NCBI GenBank assembly: GCA_964639195.1
Contig: CAZXCS010000001.1
Span: forward strand, 1 to 62,761
Source: an uncultured Candidatus Saccharibacteria bacterium
GTDB lineage: Bacteria; Patescibacteriota; Saccharimonadia; Saccharimonadales; UBA4665
DNA length: 62,761 nucleotides
Direction: 5' to 3'
A model generated the notes under the pieces. It had not been told where the DNA came from. It was given only the letters and a program-made list of their open reading frames with translations, and searched no databases. Of this stretch, positions 42,729-52,593 are shown piece after piece. Position numbers and translations under genes: made by a program. Every line of letters begins with the position of its first letter. The stretch's first letter is position 1.

Positions 42729-43775
42729 ATGATGAGTTTGCTCAGTAGCGGGCTATCCGATTTCTTCGGCCTGGATATCGGCACGACCGCTATCCGGTTG
42801 GTGCAGCTGCACAATACGGCGCCCGTAAAGTCACTGATGTGCTACGCCTACATACCGGTCGATCCGAAGCTGGTGATGAGCGATGCCAAGGCCGACCAGG
42901 AGAAACTGACACAGGTGATCTCGTCGTTGGTCGGCAAAGCGGGTGTGTCGAGCAAGAATGTGGCTGTCGGTCTGCCCAGCCAAAGGGTCTTCACGACTGT
43001 GGTCGACATTGACCGGCTGGAGGAGAGCGAACTGGCGAAAAGCATCCAATATCAAGCCGATTCGCTCATACCGACTCCGCTAGATGAATCAAAGATAGAC
43101 TGGGTCGTGCTGGGCGGTTCGCCGGCCGACAAGACCAAGGTAGAGGTGCTGCTGACCAGCGTGCCGAACAATTATGTCGAGCAGCGTCTCGATATGCTGG
43201 AGTCGATTGGCCTCAATGTCATTGCGTTTGAGCCGGACAGCATGGCCGTAAGCCGGGCGCTGGTCGCACCGGATTCCCCCAATGCTCAGATGGTACTCGA
43301 CATGGGGACCCTGTCGACTGATCTGGTCATGGTTCTGGCCGGTTCACCGCGGCTGACGCGGTCCATCCCAACCGGTTACGAAGCGATCATCAAGGCTGCC
43401 ACGCAGAATCTGAACATTGATGAGGCTCAAGCCCGACAGTTCGTGACCAAGTTCGGCATGAACCAGGAGAAGCTGCAGGGCGAAGTATTCCACGCCATCA
43501 GCGGCACGATTGATTTGCTGATTGGCGAGCTGGAGAAATCCATTAAGTTTTTCCAGGCGCGTTACCCGGAAAACAAGCTGGACAAGATTGTCGTGACCGG
43601 CGGCGCCTCAACCTTGCCGGAACTGCCTCTGTATATCGCCAACAAGTTCGGCGTAAACGTGGAGATCGGCAATGCCTGGACCAATGTGTCATTCCCGGCC
43701 GACAAGCAGAACGAACTGCTGGCCATATCAAACCAATTCGGTGTCGCCGTAGGCCTCGCGGAGCGTAAAGAATGA
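42729..43775 (+). CDS. pilM: type IV pilus assembly protein PilM (actin-like ATPase fold)
   Basis: FFGLDIGTTAIRLVQL is present and the length is typical. The start is ATG 42729/42732 after a GAGG SD, though the ORF is open from GTG 42717. Confidence 0.85.
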   Translation: MMSLLSSGLSDFFGLDIGTTAIRLVQLHNTAPVKSLMCYAYIPVDPKLVMSDAKADQEKLTQVISSLVGKAGVSSKNVAVGLPSQRVFTTVVDIDRLEESELAKSIQYQADSLIPTPLDESKIDWVVLGGSPADKTKVEVLLTSVPNNYVEQRLDMLESIGLNVIAFEPDSMAVSRALVAPDSPNAQMVLDMGTLSTDLVMVLAGSPRLTRSIPTGYEAIIKAATQNLNIDEAQARQFVTKFGMNQEKLQGEVFHAISGTIDLLIGELEKSIKFFQARYPENKLDKIVVTGGASTLPELPLYIANKFGVNVEIGNAWTNVSFPADKQNELLAISNQFGVAVGLAERKE

Positions 43776-44479
43776 TTCAGTTTAATTTACTCCCAGATGT
43801 AAAACTGCAGTACCTGAAGGCGGCGCGTACCCGTCGGCTGATTATGACTATCTCGACCTTAGCCTCGGCAGCTGCACTGTTGCTGTTGGCGGTGCTGCTG
43901 CTGGATGTCGAAGTGGCCCAAAAACATCATCTGAGTACACTGAACGGTAGCATTGGTGAGAGCAGCAAAAAGATCCAGAAAATCCCGCAGCTGAATAAGA
44001 TCCTAACCGTGCAGAACCAGTTGGACAGCCTAGGCGGTCTGCATGCCAGCAAACCGGCGGCAAACCGCCTATTTGACTACCTGACAGAGACCACTCCTGT
44101 CAACGCCGATATCAACAACATGACGACCGACTACACCCAGAAAACCATCAGTGTCACTGGCACGGCCGATGCCCTGAGTACTGTCAACCAGTTTGTCGAT
44201 ACGCTTAAATTCACAACTTATCAGGCAGTTGATAGTAACGGTCACAAAACCGATGGAAGTGCTTTTTCCAATGTCGTGTTGTCGGCCTTTGGCCGGTCCG
44301 AGGCCAAAATTACCTATACCATTACGCTTAATTATAACGACCCGATGTTTGACATCACCCAGAGTGTCAAACTGGTAGTGCCCAACTTGGTGACTACCCG
44401 CTCCGAACTTGATAAGCCGAACGCCCTGTTTACCCCGGCACCGGCGCCGCCAACGACCACTAAGCCCACGAATCAATAG
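43772..44479 (+). CDS. pilN: PilN-like pilus assembly protein
   Basis: The N-terminus MIQFNLLPDVKLQ is followed by a single TM and a periplasmic-type domain. The start overlaps the pilM stop by 4 nt. Confidence 0.75.
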   Translation: MIQFNLLPDVKLQYLKAARTRRLIMTISTLASAAALLLLAVLLLDVEVAQKHHLSTLNGSIGESSKKIQKIPQLNKILTVQNQLDSLGGLHASKPAANRLFDYLTETTPVNADINNMTTDYTQKTISVTGTADALSTVNQFVDTLKFTTYQAVDSNGHKTDGSAFSNVVLSAFGRSEAKITYTITLNYNDPMFDITQSVKLVVPNLVTTRSELDKPNALFTPAPAPPTTTKPTNQ

Positions 44480-44487
44480 GTATATAT

Positions 44488-45165
44488 ATGGCAAAACTTG
44501 AAATCTCCACCAAACGCCTAGCCATCAGCAAAGCCAATGCTCAGATGGTTATTGCGCTGTCGGTGGCCTCGTTCATCGTCTCCTTCTCCCTCGTTTCCGC
44601 CAATGCGCTGATAGGGCAGGAGAAATACCAGGCCAAAGTCATCGATGCCAAGGACAAGGCGGCAAAACAGTTGAAGACCAATGTTGACAGCGTGAACGAA
44701 TTGAACAATCACTACACGAAATTCCTCAGCAAACCGGTTAACATTATCGGCGGTAATCCCAAGGGTACCGGCGATAATGATGGCGACAACGCCAAAATCG
44801 TCCTGGATGCGTTGCCCAGCCAGTATGACTTTCCAGCCCTGACTTCCAGCCTCGAAAAGCTCTTGATCCAGCGCAATTTCAAGATCAGCAGCATTGCCGG
44901 CACCGATGACCAGCTAGCCCAGCAGACGAACCAGGGCAGCCCAACACCCCAGGCGGTGCCCATGCCGTTTACCTTCACGGTCAAGGACGCCAACTTCACT
45001 TCGGTCAAAGACCTGATGGATGTGCTGCAACGGTCCATCCGGCCGATGGTCATCGATTCACTGACCATTACCGGCGGTGAAAACAGCATGCAGCTGACGG
45101 TGAATGCTCACACTTACTACCAGCCCGAAAAGGACCTGAAGACACGGACGGAGGTAGTGAAATGA
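44488..45165 (+). CDS. pilO: PilO-like pilus assembly protein
   Basis: A single N-terminal TM is followed by a coiled-coil and a ferredoxin-like C-terminal pattern. The gene sits after pilN. Confidence 0.6.
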   Translation: MAKLEISTKRLAISKANAQMVIALSVASFIVSFSLVSANALIGQEKYQAKVIDAKDKAAKQLKTNVDSVNELNNHYTKFLSKPVNIIGGNPKGTGDNDGDNAKIVLDALPSQYDFPALTSSLEKLLIQRNFKISSIAGTDDQLAQQTNQGSPTPQAVPMPFTFTVKDANFTSVKDLMDVLQRSIRPMVIDSLTITGGENSMQLTVNAHTYYQPEKDLKTRTEVVK

Positions 45166-45413
45166 AAAAGCAAGGCATCGCCCTCATAGTCGTAGTGGTG
45201 TTTATAAGCGCCATCATTTCATTAGTGGTCTCCAACCTGATCATTGCGTCGCCAAAAAACCGGCAGCAAAAAGTCGAGAAGGTCGACCCCATCTCCTCGA
45301 ACTTTATGGATCCGGACCCTACCTATTTCAACGCCCAGTCGGTTGATCCTACCAAGCTCATAACCATAGGCCCGAGTACCAACCCGAACCCGTTTAATGG
45401 CGCACCGCAGTAG
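45162..45413 (+). CDS. small single-TM protein in the pilMNO operon
   Basis: An 83-aa ORF with TM IALIVVVVFISAIISLVVSNLII and a Pro/Asn-rich tail. Its start overlaps the pilO stop by 4 nt. Confidence 0.45.
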   Translation: MKKQGIALIVVVVFISAIISLVVSNLIIASPKNRQQKVEKVDPISSNFMDPDPTYFNAQSVDPTKLITIGPSTNPNPFNGAPQ

Positions 45414-45453
45414 GACTGCCTGTGGCCCGGGTTAGCAACAGTAAACAACAAAG

Positions 45454-45487
45454 AACAAAGAGTAATGAGCAGCCTTTGTTTGCGAAC
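45454..45487 (+). terminator. possible weak terminator hairpin after the pilMNO-small ORF operon
   Basis: A stem AACAAAG...CTTTGTT with a 13-nt loop is followed by TGCG. The T-run is interrupted. Confidence 0.3.
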
Positions 45488-45527
45488 GCGCTGGCTGGAT
45501 TCTGGGCGCTCAGGCTTAAGAGCCGAT

Positions 45528-45562
45528 CATTGCCCATTGCCCATTACTCATTACCAATTGTC
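45528..45562 (+). repeat. five tandem heptads, CATTGCC CATTGCC CATTACT CATTACC AATTGTC, ending at the pilB SD
   Basis: Read directly from the sequence. GGAGG follows at 45563-45567 and the ATG at 45574. Confidence 0.8.
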
Positions 45563-45573
45563 GGAGGCCCGGC

Positions 45574-47355
45574 ATGAGCGTCCTGTCGGCGACTACCCAG
45601 GAACAGGTCGAAGAGACCTTGGTTAAGACCGGCCTGCTGTCTGCCGACCAGCTGGCTGAGTACAAAAAGCAGGCTCTGGCCAAGCATCAGCCACTGATCG
45701 GCTTTCTGGTAAGCGAGCAACATATAAGTGAAGAACAACTCACCAAGGCCATTGCCACGGCGACCAAAGTTCCGTACGTCAACCTCACCTCAGCCAAGGT
45801 TAACAGTGAAGTCCTGAAGCTGTTGCCACAAGACATCGCCGAACGCTATATGACCGTCCCTTTGGGTGAAATGCAGCATCGGGTTGTGGTGGCGATGCTT
45901 GATGCCGACAATGTCCAGGCAGTTGACTTCCTGAGCAACAAGATCGGCCGGCCACTCAAAGTCTATGCTGCCAGCGAAGCCGGTATTAAACAGGTACTCA
46001 AGCAGTACGAGGCTCGTTTGGACACCCAGATGACGGACGTGTTCAAAGTGAGCAGTGAAACTGCCGCCCAGGAACAGGTTACCGACCAGAAAAATATCAA
46101 GACCATCGTCCAGGATTCGCCGATCAGCAAAGCCTTGAGCGCCATATTGGAGTTCGCAGCCCGCAACCGGGCAAGTGATGTCCACATCGAACCGCTCGAA
46201 AAGGAGCTTCGCATCCGCTGCCGGGTTGACGGAGTGCTGCGCGAAATCATGAAGCTGCCGAAAAGTACGGAGGCTGCCCTGGTAAGCCGCATCAAGATCT
46301 TAAGCAACCTGAAAATCGATGAACACCGCATCCCGCAGGACGGCCAATTCACGGTCAAAGTCGATGATAAAGAGATCGACCTCCGCATCGCTATAGCACC
46401 GATCGTGTGGGGTGAGCAGATCGTTATCCGGCTGCTCGACAAGACCGGCACCAGCTTGAAACTGGAGGCCATGGGCTACAGCGGCCGGGCGCTCCGTACC
46501 ATCCGTGAAGGGCTCAAACAACCGAACGGCATGATCCTGACCAGCGGTCCGACCGGTTCGGGTAAGTCCACTTCGCTCTACGCCCTGATCCAGGAAATCA
46601 AGAACGACTCCATCAATATTGTCACGCTGGAAGACCCGGTGGAGTACAAGATGAGCGGTATCAACCAGATCCAGGTCAACGCCGATGTCGGTCTGACATT
46701 TGCCTCGGGGTTGCGTTCCATATTGCGTCAGGACCCCAATGTGGTGATGGTGGGCGAGATCCGCGACAAGGAAACGGCGGCGCTGGCCGTCCAGGCGGCG
46801 TTGACCGGACACTTGGTGTTCAGCACGCTGCACACCAACTCGGCCGCCGGCATTTTGCCACGTCTGCTCGACATGGGCGTCGAGCCATTCCTGATCGCCA
46901 GCACGGTACACACCGTCATCGGCCAGCGCCTGGTGCGCCGGATTGCCGATGACAGCAAAGAAACCTACCAATCAAACGAGGCCGAAACCGAGGCGGTAAA
47001 ACAGACCATCGGTAACCTTTTGCCGCCCAGCGCCGACAAAGTGGCCGCCGCCAGTGAAGACCTCGGTTACAAAAACTTGCCCTTAAGCACGCAAAACGCT
47101 TATACTTTGAGCAAGGGCAAGGATTCCCCGGAAACGCCCGGTGGGTACAAGGGCCGAATGGGAGTGTACGAAGTGTTCGAGGTAACTGAGGCGATTCAGG
47201 GATTGATCATGAAACGAGCTACCAGCACCGAAATCCAAAAGGAAGCCCAGAAGCAGGGCATGGTCACCATGCGGCAGGACGGCTATCTGAAGGCGCTCGA
47301 CGGCCGGACGACGCTGGCTGAGGTCAACCGGGTGGCAGCCGAGGACATAGCATGA
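45574..47355 (+). CDS. pilB: type IV pilus assembly ATPase PilB (GspE family)
   Basis: A T2SE_N-like N-terminus is followed by Walker A LTSGPTGSGKSTSLYA and the Asp/His boxes (VMVGEIRDKETA, LVFSTLHTN). Confidence 0.93.
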   Translation: MSVLSATTQEQVEETLVKTGLLSADQLAEYKKQALAKHQPLIGFLVSEQHISEEQLTKAIATATKVPYVNLTSAKVNSEVLKLLPQDIAERYMTVPLGEMQHRVVVAMLDADNVQAVDFLSNKIGRPLKVYAASEAGIKQVLKQYEARLDTQMTDVFKVSSETAAQEQVTDQKNIKTIVQDSPISKALSAILEFAARNRASDVHIEPLEKELRIRCRVDGVLREIMKLPKSTEAALVSRIKILSNLKIDEHRIPQDGQFTVKVDDKEIDLRIAIAPIVWGEQIVIRLLDKTGTSLKLEAMGYSGRALRTIREGLKQPNGMILTSGPTGSGKSTSLYALIQEIKNDSINIVTLEDPVEYKMSGINQIQVNADVGLTFASGLRSILRQDPNVVMVGEIRDKETAALAVQAALTGHLVFSTLHTNSAAGILPRLLDMGVEPFLIASTVHTVIGQRLVRRIADDSKETYQSNEAETEAVKQTIGNLLPPSADKVAAASEDLGYKNLPLSTQNAYTLSKGKDSPETPGGYKGRMGVYEVFEVTEAIQGLIMKRATSTEIQKEAQKQGMVTMRQDGYLKALDGRTTLAEVNRVAAEDIA

Positions 47356-47358
47356 ACC

Positions 47359-47400
47359 ATTCACCATTGAAAATTGAAAACTGTAAATTGAAAATTGAAT
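47359..47400 (+). repeat. six tandem heptads, ATTCACC ATTGAAA ATTGAAA ACTGTAA ATTGAAA ATTGAAT, between the pilB stop and the pilT SD
   Basis: Read directly from the sequence. The array starts 4 nt after the pilB stop, with GGGGGAGGG following and the ATG at 47417. Confidence 0.8.
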
Positions 47401-47416
47401 CCAGGGGGAGGGTGTA

Positions 47417-48484
<1,068 letters not shown>

Positions 48485-48486
48485 CT

Positions 48487-49707
48487 ATGTTAAGTTTCAC
48501 CTACCAGGCGCGTAATCCGGCCACCGGCCAGAAAATCAAAGCCCAGGTACAGGCTGATAGTGAACGGGCCGCCGCCAAGCTGATAACTCAGAAAGGCCTG
48601 GCGCCGATCAGCATCAAATTGGATAATAGTTCCACCAGAGGCGGCAAGTTTTTCCATCGTGTCAAAGCCAAGGACCGCGTGCTGTTCAGTCGGCAGTTGG
48701 CCACGCTCATCAACGCTGGCCTGCCGCTGGTCCAGTCCTTGCGCAGCGTGTCCGAGCAGACCACTGCCAAACCGTTCCAGGTCATCATCAACCAGGTTAT
48801 AAGCGATATCGAAGCCGGCCTGGCCTTCTCGGCGTCGCTGGCTAAGCACCCCGATGTCTTCAATAAAGTATATGTCAGTCTGGTTGCGGCCAGCGAGACT
48901 TCCGGTACCCTGGATAAAGGCTTGGAGCGCTTGGCCGACCAGCAGGAAAAAGACGCTGAAATCCTCAGTAAGGTGCGCGGGGCGATGGTCTACCCGTTGA
49001 TCGTGTTGCTGGTCATGGGAGCTGTCGTCAGCTTCATGCTTATCAAGGTCTTACCCCAGGTGCAGAGCATCTATGAAGGTTTGCCGGGTACGTCGCTGCC
49101 GTTCGTCACGCGCTTCCTGCTTGGCATATCGCACCTCCTTACGCACTTTTGGTGGGTTGCCCTAATCGTCATCGTGCTGTTAGGTTTCTTTGGTGGGCGC
49201 TGGGCTCGTAGCTTGGGGGGCAAGCAGATCATCGACAAACTCAAGATGCGTGCCTGGCCGGCCGGCCCGCTATTCATGAAGATGTACATGGCACGGTTCT
49301 CCCGCACCGGTACGACGCTGGTAGCCAGTGGCGTACCGCTGCTGCAGATGCTGGATATAACCGGCGATGCCGTCAACAATGTGCATATTAAGCGGTCTCT
49401 CGACGGGGCTGTTGAGAAGGTTAAGGGCGGGAAGGCCCTGTCCGACGCGCTGACAAACGACCCTAACTTCCTCCCACTGTTGCCGAACATGCTGCGCATC
49501 GGTGAGCAGTCGGGTGCCATCGAGACCATGCTCGAAAAGGTGGCCGATTACTATGAGAAAGAAGTTGACAATGAGATCAAGGCTATCTCGACGATCATCG
49601 AGCCGGTCCTGATGGTGGTCATGGGCGTCATTGCGCTGGTCATTGTTGCGGCGATTCTGCTGCCGATCTACGGCTTGGTGAACCAGTCCGGCTTCACCGG
49701 CTCCTGA
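48487..49707 (+). CDS. pilC: type IV pilus platform protein PilC (GspF family)
   Basis: Two GspF repeats are present (LATLINAGLPLVQSL, MLRIGEQSGAIETML) with 3 TM segments. Confidence 0.93.
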   Translation: MLSFTYQARNPATGQKIKAQVQADSERAAAKLITQKGLAPISIKLDNSSTRGGKFFHRVKAKDRVLFSRQLATLINAGLPLVQSLRSVSEQTTAKPFQVIINQVISDIEAGLAFSASLAKHPDVFNKVYVSLVAASETSGTLDKGLERLADQQEKDAEILSKVRGAMVYPLIVLLVMGAVVSFMLIKVLPQVQSIYEGLPGTSLPFVTRFLLGISHLLTHFWWVALIVIVLLGFFGGRWARSLGGKQIIDKLKMRAWPAGPLFMKMYMARFSRTGTTLVASGVPLLQMLDITGDAVNNVHIKRSLDGAVEKVKGGKALSDALTNDPNFLPLLPNMLRIGEQSGAIETMLEKVADYYEKEVDNEIKAISTIIEPVLMVVMGVIALVIVAAILLPIYGLVNQSGFTGS

Positions 49708-49809
49708 TAGGGGTGGGTATCTGTGGATAAGTTATTGCTTTTCATCGAGCAAAAGGGTACCATTCAACCATAAGCATTAATTTGAACGCATATAAAGGGG
49801 GCATTTAAC

Positions 49810-50244
49810 ATGCTAAACAGATTAAAAAAGTCAAACAATGGTTTCACCATCATCGAGGTGATGATCGTGCTGGCAATCGCCGGCTTGATCCTGTTGATCG
49901 TGCTGTTGGCCGTACCGGCACTGCAGCGCAACAGCCGTAACACGCAGCTGAAGAACGACGCTTCGGCGATTGCTGCCGGCGTCAGTGAGTTCAAGTCGAA
50001 CAACGACGGCACGGTACCGACCGGCATTACCGCTACTACTGTAAGTGGTGCGGCAGGTACGGCATCGGCTACGATTAAGCTGTCGGGCGGCGCAGGCGTT
50101 ACAGCTACTGCAACTCCTGCGGCAGGAAATATCGGCTATGTACTTGGTGCGGCTTGCCCTGGTTCGACCGGCAACACGCGCTCAGTAGCGATTTACTACA
50201 CGCCTGAATCTGCCTCAACAGTTACGAAGTGTATAGACTCTTAG
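49810..50244 (+). CDS. pilA: type IV major pilin (prepilin)
   Basis: The class III signal is KKSNNG|FTIIEVMIVLAIAGLILLIV with Glu at +5. A C-terminal Cys pair is present. A strong SD precedes the gene and its own terminator follows. Confidence 0.85.
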   Translation: MLNRLKKSNNGFTIIEVMIVLAIAGLILLIVLLAVPALQRNSRNTQLKNDASAIAAGVSEFKSNNDGTVPTGITATTVSGAAGTASATIKLSGGAGVTATATPAAGNIGYVLGAACPGSTGNTRSVAIYYTPESASTVTKCIDS

Positions 50245-50265
50245 TCTGTACCTTGCACGAAAACT

Positions 50266-50297
50266 AAAGATAGGCTCCGTAAGGGGCCTATCTTTTT
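50266..50297 (+). terminator. intrinsic terminator after the major pilin gene
   Basis: The stem is AAAGATAGGCTCC / GGGGCCTATCTTT with loop GTAA, running into TTTTT. Confidence 0.7.
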
Positions 50298-50315
50298 GTG
50301 GTACTATAGTCGCTA

Positions 50316-51116
50316 ATGGTTATTGCTATTCTGCTGGTGTTGGGGCTGTGCTTCGGCAGCTTCGTTAATGCGTTTGTATGGCGTCTGCACGGACATAAGG
50401 ACTGGGTCAAAGGACGCTCCATCTGCGTTCATTGTGAGCATGAGCTGGCTGCCAGAGACCTGGTACCGGTACTTAGCTGGCTTGCCCTAAAAGGCAAGTG
50501 CCGCTATTGCCACAAACCTATCTCGATCCAGTACCCGGTGGTGGAGGCGGCTACGGCTCTACTATTTGTGGGCTCCTACGCTTTCTGGCCGGTTGATTTT
50601 ACAGGTAGCCAAGTAGCTATCTTCGGGCTGTGGCTGGTGCTTTTGGTGGGACTGATGGCATTGTTGGTGTACGACCTCCGCTGGATGCTGCTACCGGACA
50701 AGATTATCTTGCCTCTAGCAGGGGTGGCAGCGCTGCAGGCAGTAATCGTCATTGCTGCTTCAAGCCACCCGCTGCGGGCCTTGGTAAATATGGTTTTGGC
50801 GGTCGCCGTCGGTGGCGGGGTGTTTTATGTACTATTCCAGGTGTCCGGTGGCAAGTGGATCGGTGGCGGGGACGTCAAACTGGGCTGGTTGCTGGGGGTT
50901 ATCGCCAGTACGCCGGGCCGGAGCCTGCTGCTGATATTTTTGGCCGCCGTGCTGGGAAGTTTGGTTTCACTGCCACTCTTGGCTTCCAAGCGGCTAAAGC
51001 CCAAAAGTGTTATCCCTTTCGGCCCGTTCCTGATCCTGGGCATTATCATCGTCGTGCTGTTCGGCGCCCACATACTCGACTGGTACAAGCAGCTGTTCAT
51101 GCCCGATCTTTCATAA
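50316..51116 (+). CDS. pilD: prepilin peptidase (A24 family) PilD
   Basis: The N-terminal Cys cluster (CVHCEH..CRYCHK) is followed by multiple TMs and GGGDVKL. Confidence 0.9.
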   Translation: MVIAILLVLGLCFGSFVNAFVWRLHGHKDWVKGRSICVHCEHELAARDLVPVLSWLALKGKCRYCHKPISIQYPVVEAATALLFVGSYAFWPVDFTGSQVAIFGLWLVLLVGLMALLVYDLRWMLLPDKIILPLAGVAALQAVIVIAASSHPLRALVNMVLAVAVGGGVFYVLFQVSGGKWIGGGDVKLGWLLGVIASTPGRSLLLIFLAAVLGSLVSLPLLASKRLKPKSVIPFGPFLILGIIIVVLFGAHILDWYKQLFMPDLS

Positions 51117-51122
51117 CCAATT

Positions 51123-51158
51123 GCCTTGTCATACCAGAGCAAGCTGGGATGACAAGGC
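51123..51158 (+). other. long imperfect hairpin between pilD and the pilin-like gene operon
   Basis: The outer stem is GCCTTGTCAT ... ATGACAAGGC, with an inner stem CCAG-AGCAAG-CTGG. No clear U-tract follows. Confidence 0.5.
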
Positions 51159-51217
51159 GCCGTTTAGGAGCATGCATTTATAGACTGTGTTTAGGTGGTG
51201 CTACCCTATAACGCTTA

Positions 51218-51226
51218 TGATATACT
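51218..51226 (+). promoter_or_regulatory. extended -10 element TGATATACT upstream of the pilin-like gene operon
   Basis: Part of GCTTATGATATACT. The ATG at 51236 is 9 nt downstream. Confidence 0.55.
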
Positions 51227-51235
51227 GAACTCAGT

Positions 51236-52162
51236 ATGAGAGGTGGCAAAATTAAAACACCTAATTCTTTTGGCTATACGCTTGTGGAGGTCATGATATT
51301 TGTGGCCATATCAGGCTTCATGTTCGTACTGGCGGCCGTGTTTGTGTCCGGTAAGCAGGCCAATGCTGAGTATCGCCAAGGCCTGAATGATGTCAACACG
51401 CAAGTGCAGGGAGTTATAAATGATGTTGCCAATGGCCAATACCCGTCGCTGGGCAATTTTGATTGTTCGACACTCGCTGCGGGGAGCTATAAGTTCAATG
51501 CTAGTAACACTGGCCAAGGGGCAAATGGCGGTACGGGCAACAAAGACGGCTGTACGTTCATGGGCAAGGTTATGCAGTTCGGTGTGGCCGGCGACAACAC
51601 GGCTTATAAGACATATAGCATTGCCGGCCGCCAGTATGCCAGTCTTGACCCGTCATGCTCACCGGTTGCCGCCAGCGATGATACTACCCCGATTAACTTT
51701 TGCCAGGCCAAGCCCGTAGCTCTTGCCTATACAAGCCCGGCCGTCGTCAACCTTACCCAGACAGGCAAACTGCAAAACGGCCTCACCCTGATCAAAATAG
51801 TGCAGTGTGCCCCGGGCTGCCCGGGCCCTACAGTCGTTAGTGCCGTCGGCTTTTTCGGCAGTTTTGCGAGCTATGGTGCGGCCGGATCCAGCGATTTGCA
51901 GTCGGGGGCACAATCGGTCACTACGGTTACTCTTGGCCCCAACAACCCGCCGGGTAATGACGCGGCCATGGTTAATAATATTAATGCCAACCTCTGGCAA
52001 ACATCGTCCGCGTCATCGAACGTCGTGACCAACGGTTCTTACGTACTACTCTGTTTCAGTAATGGCAACAGGAAAGGGGCGGTGACCATAGGCGGCACTA
52101 ATGCCCAGCAATTAACAACGGCTGTCATATACGGTGCAGTCGGGGCGGCGCAGACATGTTAG
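51236..52162 (+). CDS. pilin-like protein (minor pilin candidate)
   Basis: The prepilin N-terminus is NSFG|YTLVEVMIFVAISGFMFVLAAV with Glu+5. Confidence 0.7.
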   Translation: MRGGKIKTPNSFGYTLVEVMIFVAISGFMFVLAAVFVSGKQANAEYRQGLNDVNTQVQGVINDVANGQYPSLGNFDCSTLAAGSYKFNASNTGQGANGGTGNKDGCTFMGKVMQFGVAGDNTAYKTYSIAGRQYASLDPSCSPVAASDDTTPINFCQAKPVALAYTSPAVVNLTQTGKLQNGLTLIKIVQCAPGCPGPTVVSAVGFFGSFASYGAAGSSDLQSGAQSVTTVTLGPNNPPGNDAAMVNNINANLWQTSSASSNVVTNGSYVLLCFSNGNRKGAVTIGGTNAQQLTTAVIYGAVGAAQTC

Positions 52163-52593
52163 CAAGGACTTTTGGTATCCGAGAACGCGGTGACACGATG
52201 GTCGAGGTACTAATCTGCCTGGCAATCCTTGGCCTGGCAATTTCTATATCATATACCACGGCCAACCGTTCGCTGCTGGTTGCCCGCAACGCTCAAGAGC
52301 ATTCGGCGGCGCTGCAGTACCTGAACAGCCAGGTGGAACTGGCCCGGGCTGACGCCACCGATGCGAATATTTACACCAGCGGCACGTTTTGCATGGATAG
52401 TGCGACTGGTAAGCCAATAATTCCTGGCTGCTCGGTCGGCCAGAATAACCTGTATCAAGTCGCAAATTCCTATGTGCAGACACCGCCCCTAGCTCCAGGG
52501 CCTCAGGATGTCTTTACCTTTGGTATCACATGGCCGGGGGTTAACGGTAGTCAGCAACAGGAACACATAACTTACAAGATCCATCAGCTATGA
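52156..52593 (+). CDS. pilin-like protein (minor pilin candidate)
   Basis: RERG|DTMVEVLICLAILGLAISI carries Glu+5, and a C-terminal Cys pair is present. The gene overlaps the upstream gene by 7 nt. Confidence 0.6.
   Translation: MLARTFGIRERGDTMVEVLICLAILGLAISISYTTANRSLLVARNAQEHSAALQYLNSQVELARADATDANIYTSGTFCMDSATGKPIIPGCSVGQNNLYQVANSYVQTPPLAPGPQDVFTFGITWPGVNGSQQQEHITYKIHQL

Noticed and set aside
45528-47400. The heptad arrays as CRISPR-like or minisatellite mobile repeats.
   Set aside because: The units are only 7 nt and directly tandem with no spacers, and there are no cas genes. They are reported instead as candidate regulatory arrays.
50630-51211. A 193-aa alternative-frame ORF overlapping pilD.
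   Set aside because: It is the out-of-frame shadow of the prepilin peptidase gene, and its translation is Gly/Arg/Ala-rich with no features.
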